From NCBI GenBank assembly GCA_020137815.1, contig CM035352.1, positions 8,122,001 to 8,186,000 of the forward strand: DNA of 64,000 nucleotides, written 5' to 3'. Of this stretch, positions 60,713-64,000 are shown piece by piece. The notes under the pieces were generated by a model. The model ran no database searches. It was not told where the DNA came from and saw only the letters and a program-made list of their open reading frames with translations. Positions within the stretch are counted from its first letter, which is position 1. Each line of letters begins with the position of its first letter. The stretch is from Hormiphora californensis. Taxonomy: Eukaryota > Animalia > Ctenophora. Position numbers and translations under genes: made by a program.

Positions 60713-61366
60713 TATAAACTCTGGCCACTGGCGCGTTATTTCAGATAACTTTCTCCCAGCGCGCCGCTGGGAGAAGTTAGCTGAAGTTTATCCGCCGCTG
60801 GCGGATAAACTGGTTTAAATCACGACGACGATCCCGAGGCGGAGCCGAGGGAGAGGCGGAGGGGTTTAAACCTATAACGTGCCAGTGGTCAGAGTTTATA
60901 GGTTATATACCCTGCTTTAGTTGTTTATTTCAAGTATTACACACCAACAAGAGAGAGAACACTAATCAAAACACTCAAAGAGGACTGAGAAATAGTTAAA
61001 ACACCTCACAATTGAGTGTACACTGTTTGGTAACAGTTACTAAGCAGTTGCTAAGGAAAGAGAGTGAAAGAAATAGCCTGATAAGGGGCATGTCACACAT
61101 AACACAGAGGAAGAGATAGTGAGACAAAAGGGGAGATAAAGAGAGAGAGTAATTGACGGAATGTGTCCTTTCTTTCTCTCCAATGTAGTGTGTAAGTGTT
61201 GCACATAGTGTTCCCTCTGTATTTTAGTAAGAACTGATCATTTACACACACTTTGAATGTTCAAAATAAATAACCTGCCAGTGGGAAATAATCTGCCGCT
61301 GGACTGGCTGTTTATTGAGAGCGCGCTAGTGGGACTGGCGGGTTATTTAAGTTAGCAGGGTATATA
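60713..61366. mobile_element. Unclassified multi-hairpin palindromic element
   Basis: Outer stem 60713-60738 / 60875-60900 encloses three hairpins. Further inverted pair TATATACCCTGCT (~60904) / AGCAGGGTATATA (~61354). Confidence 0.55.
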
Positions 61367-62837
61367 CATCCTTGTCTCAGTACAAACTAATAGGTAAACA
61401 GTTGTTCAAATTGTCAAAAGTTGAGGTAAACTTTTAACAATTTTAATAACAATTGAGGTAAACTTACAGATCGAACACAAGATAGTGAAACCCCTCCTCT
61501 GGAATACTCGAGTGTAGACGTACTGAAAAAGAGGAGTTACAGTTTTAGTAGAGGGGGGGGGGGGGGTTACAGTTTTGCTTTTGAAACATTTAATATTCTG
61601 TGTAACATCCGTCCCGAAAGACGGGGATGAAGTGTTCAACAACAATATATGTCAAAATGTCTGGTGTAGTGTTATACCGGGTGGGCACGTCTGATGTTTT
61701 TTGCTGTTGCATTGTACGGCAGATTTCTGTTAAATTCTTGTCAATCTGTCAGTCGAGAGAGGAGGTGTCTAGTCAGTTAGATCGGTCAGGGGGAGTTGTA
61801 CAACTTGTCACACAGCTTGTCACACAGCTTGTCACACAACTTGTCATAGTAAAAGGGGAGTTGTACAACTTTATAAGAATGGTGTACAGCTTGTCAATTG
61901 TCATAGTGAGAATTAAGGGGAGTACAACTTTGTAGAGTTACCAATGTTGCTGTGATTGAGTTTCCGACATATTCTTGCTTCTCGTTCTAACTTTTGAAGT
62001 TCTGAAAAGGAAAATTATTATTTGAACTTTAATATTAAATTAACTGACTGAACCACCAAATTGTATAACCGGTCAATGTTTAGTTCTCTTCCTCAAAATT
62101 TATAGTTTGTTGTTAGTTATGTGGTTCTTCCTCTTATATGGTTATAAAAGTAGGAATTTAATATATATGGTGGCCGGTTGGAGGAGACTGAGAGTATAAC
62201 ATTTTAGAAAGGAAGGAAGTTATGATCACCAATTTCAACTTTGGAATTTTGCTAGGTCGAGAAGTACTTGGGGAGAATCGTGATCGAGGGACGATAACAA
62301 ATAATAAGCAAACTTTTGAAAGTAAAGGTTGCAGAATGCAGTGTCAGTATTCTATTTCTTCTGTTGAATGAGTTACTAATGAAATGAATGAAAGAAAAGA
62401 GTTCTCAAATGCCTTTTCTCCCAAGATTAGGTCTAGGGATTGGTACACCCGAATATGGGCAGTCTGGAGCAATGCCAGCGAGACAAGTATTATATAGTTA
62501 TCGATTTGGAGGGAGATTGGAGCATTTCGTTCCCGTGGGAAACTCGTTCTGCGAATCTGTCACTTATCCAATCTGTCATTATCATCCCCGCATTTATTTC
62601 TCACTCTACCTCTCTAGAAAGAGAGAGATAGAGAGAGGGAGAAAGTGAACACGTTGTTGAAATTCTTCTAACCCTTTCCACGGCGTGAAATGGAAAAGAA
62701 GTGTGGGGTTGTCTCCTAGTAACCACACGTAGTCATCACAAAAACACAAAGATCTACTTACCAAATCTATCAAACACATGGGAGTAGGGAACTAGAATGA
62801 GTGAGGGATGAGATTAGCAGGAAAATTGATGTGGTAG

Positions 62838-62912
62838 TTGGGTGGTACCCTTGTTGGGGCAACTCTTCGAAAAGCTGGGAAGCAGAGTTGTCCCAACAAG
62901 GGTACCACCCAA
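62838..62912. other. 29-bp near-perfect inverted repeat (hairpin)
   Basis: TTGGGTGGTACCCTTGTTGGGGCAACTCT / AGAGTTGTCCCAACAAGGGTACCACCCAA, one G-T pair, 17-nt loop. Confidence 0.85.
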
Positions 62913-64000
62913 TGGGCCCGGGGCACTTGCCAGTGCTATGACTACCACAGGGAACTAGAAACACAAATCTAGTCAGTAAGTCAGATTAGCAGGGATAATA
63001 TTTCACACTTTATTAGGAATTTCAAAAGGGAGGTTTTGCTTTTGCTCAGTAAAATATACTACATTTTGGGTTTTGTCAGAGCTACATGCTTTATGTGACC
63101 AAGACCCATTAGTAACATAATGTATTAGCCTCCATCTCCCTGCCCCCAAAACCTCTTCCATATTCGGGGTGCACATTTTGCTGTAATAAATGTCTACACG
63201 CGACACGGGAAAGGGAAAGAGGGAAAGGGGAGAGTGACCGCTACTGCAGAGGGAGACAGGGAGAGGCAGGGAGAGGAAGACAGAAACAGGGGCGTTAGTA
63301 GATGGAAGGGGGGCAAGAAAAAGCTCAAACCTCTCAGTTAGAAAAAGTGTACAAATCTGTATGACAGCAACAACTCATCTTTCTCATTGAACTTTGAGCA
63401 GCTGCTGCAGTGCTTCAACTTATTTTTAGACAGGTCCAACAGAAGGTTGGTTTGTCTGTTTGTTGTCTCGTAGAATCAAATGTCCGTTAGCGGGGATCTC
63501 TGTCACACATCTCGAGCTATGTAATATCATGATGGGACATGATTTCTAATATGTGTGTACTTGAAACAGGTGTCTCCTCTAAATACTCTTTATCTTAGCC
63601 CCCGTTAATTTCTCTTTTTCATTTCTATACCATTTCTCTTTTATTTCTCTTTCATAATTCATTTCTCTTTCATTTCTCTCTAGTCTCTCGTTTCTCTTTC
63701 ATTTCTCTTTCTATTCATTCTTATCAAGATCTTCTCGATATAATGTTATAATTTCTTAATATCTCACACATATTCGCATCTTGTCCCAGCCGATTATTCT
63801 GTCACTTTTTACTAAACGCATGCCATCATCTCTATTATAAGTTGGAGATGAACGTCGTCTAAGAAGCGTGCAACACTAGCGTGCAACAATTTGCTCCATT
63901 TGCCCGTGCGAATCAAGGGGTTGTTATGGTGGGTGGGCAAGGGTGTGAATACTGCACGTGCATGTTGTTGGATTTTATGTTGCGTGTTCCTGCGGTGTTT

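Noticed and set aside
59600-64000. Upstream CaMKII kinase exons (HRDLK, VAVK) or other genes
   Set aside because: No recognisable motifs. The short ORFs lack homology cues, so the region is treated as intron.

Overview
Eukaryotic (animal) genomic DNA with GT-AG introns, (GA/CT)n microsatellites and many MITE/LINE fragments. Highly divergent proteins, short introns, nested intronless genes and AG acceptors just before start codons suggest an early-branching metazoan, possibly a ctenophore (inference only). Gene order: NAP1-like (+, 3336-8550); divergent PDIA4/ERp72-like ER protein ending in HDEL (+, 9360-19880), whose 4th intron holds an intronless double-BTB gene, its truncated tandem copy and a MITE; DEGS-type sphingolipid desaturase (-, 20129-26115) with a ~2.8 kb 32-bp minisatellite in intron 1; intronless FMO with four indels (-, 26674-28222); a TTAA-MITE/LINE cluster; DLG5-like CARD-coiled coil-3xPDZ-SH3-GK MAGUK (-, 33650-42796); and the 3' two thirds of CaMKII (-, 45342 to at least 59559). 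Most notable: (1) two paralogous 84-nt CaMKII exons that each encode the T286 autoregulatory segment, only 47 nt apart and so probably mutually exclusive; (2) a ~250-codon intronic ORF that can splice in frame onto the CaMKII hub; (3) a minisatellite made of ~88 copies of a 3' splice site, part of a window-wide pattern of repeats at splice sites; (4) tight same-strand gene pairs consistent with SL trans-splicing or operons. Bases 1-2500 and 4085-5500 look like low-quality consensus. All exon coordinates were read by eye.
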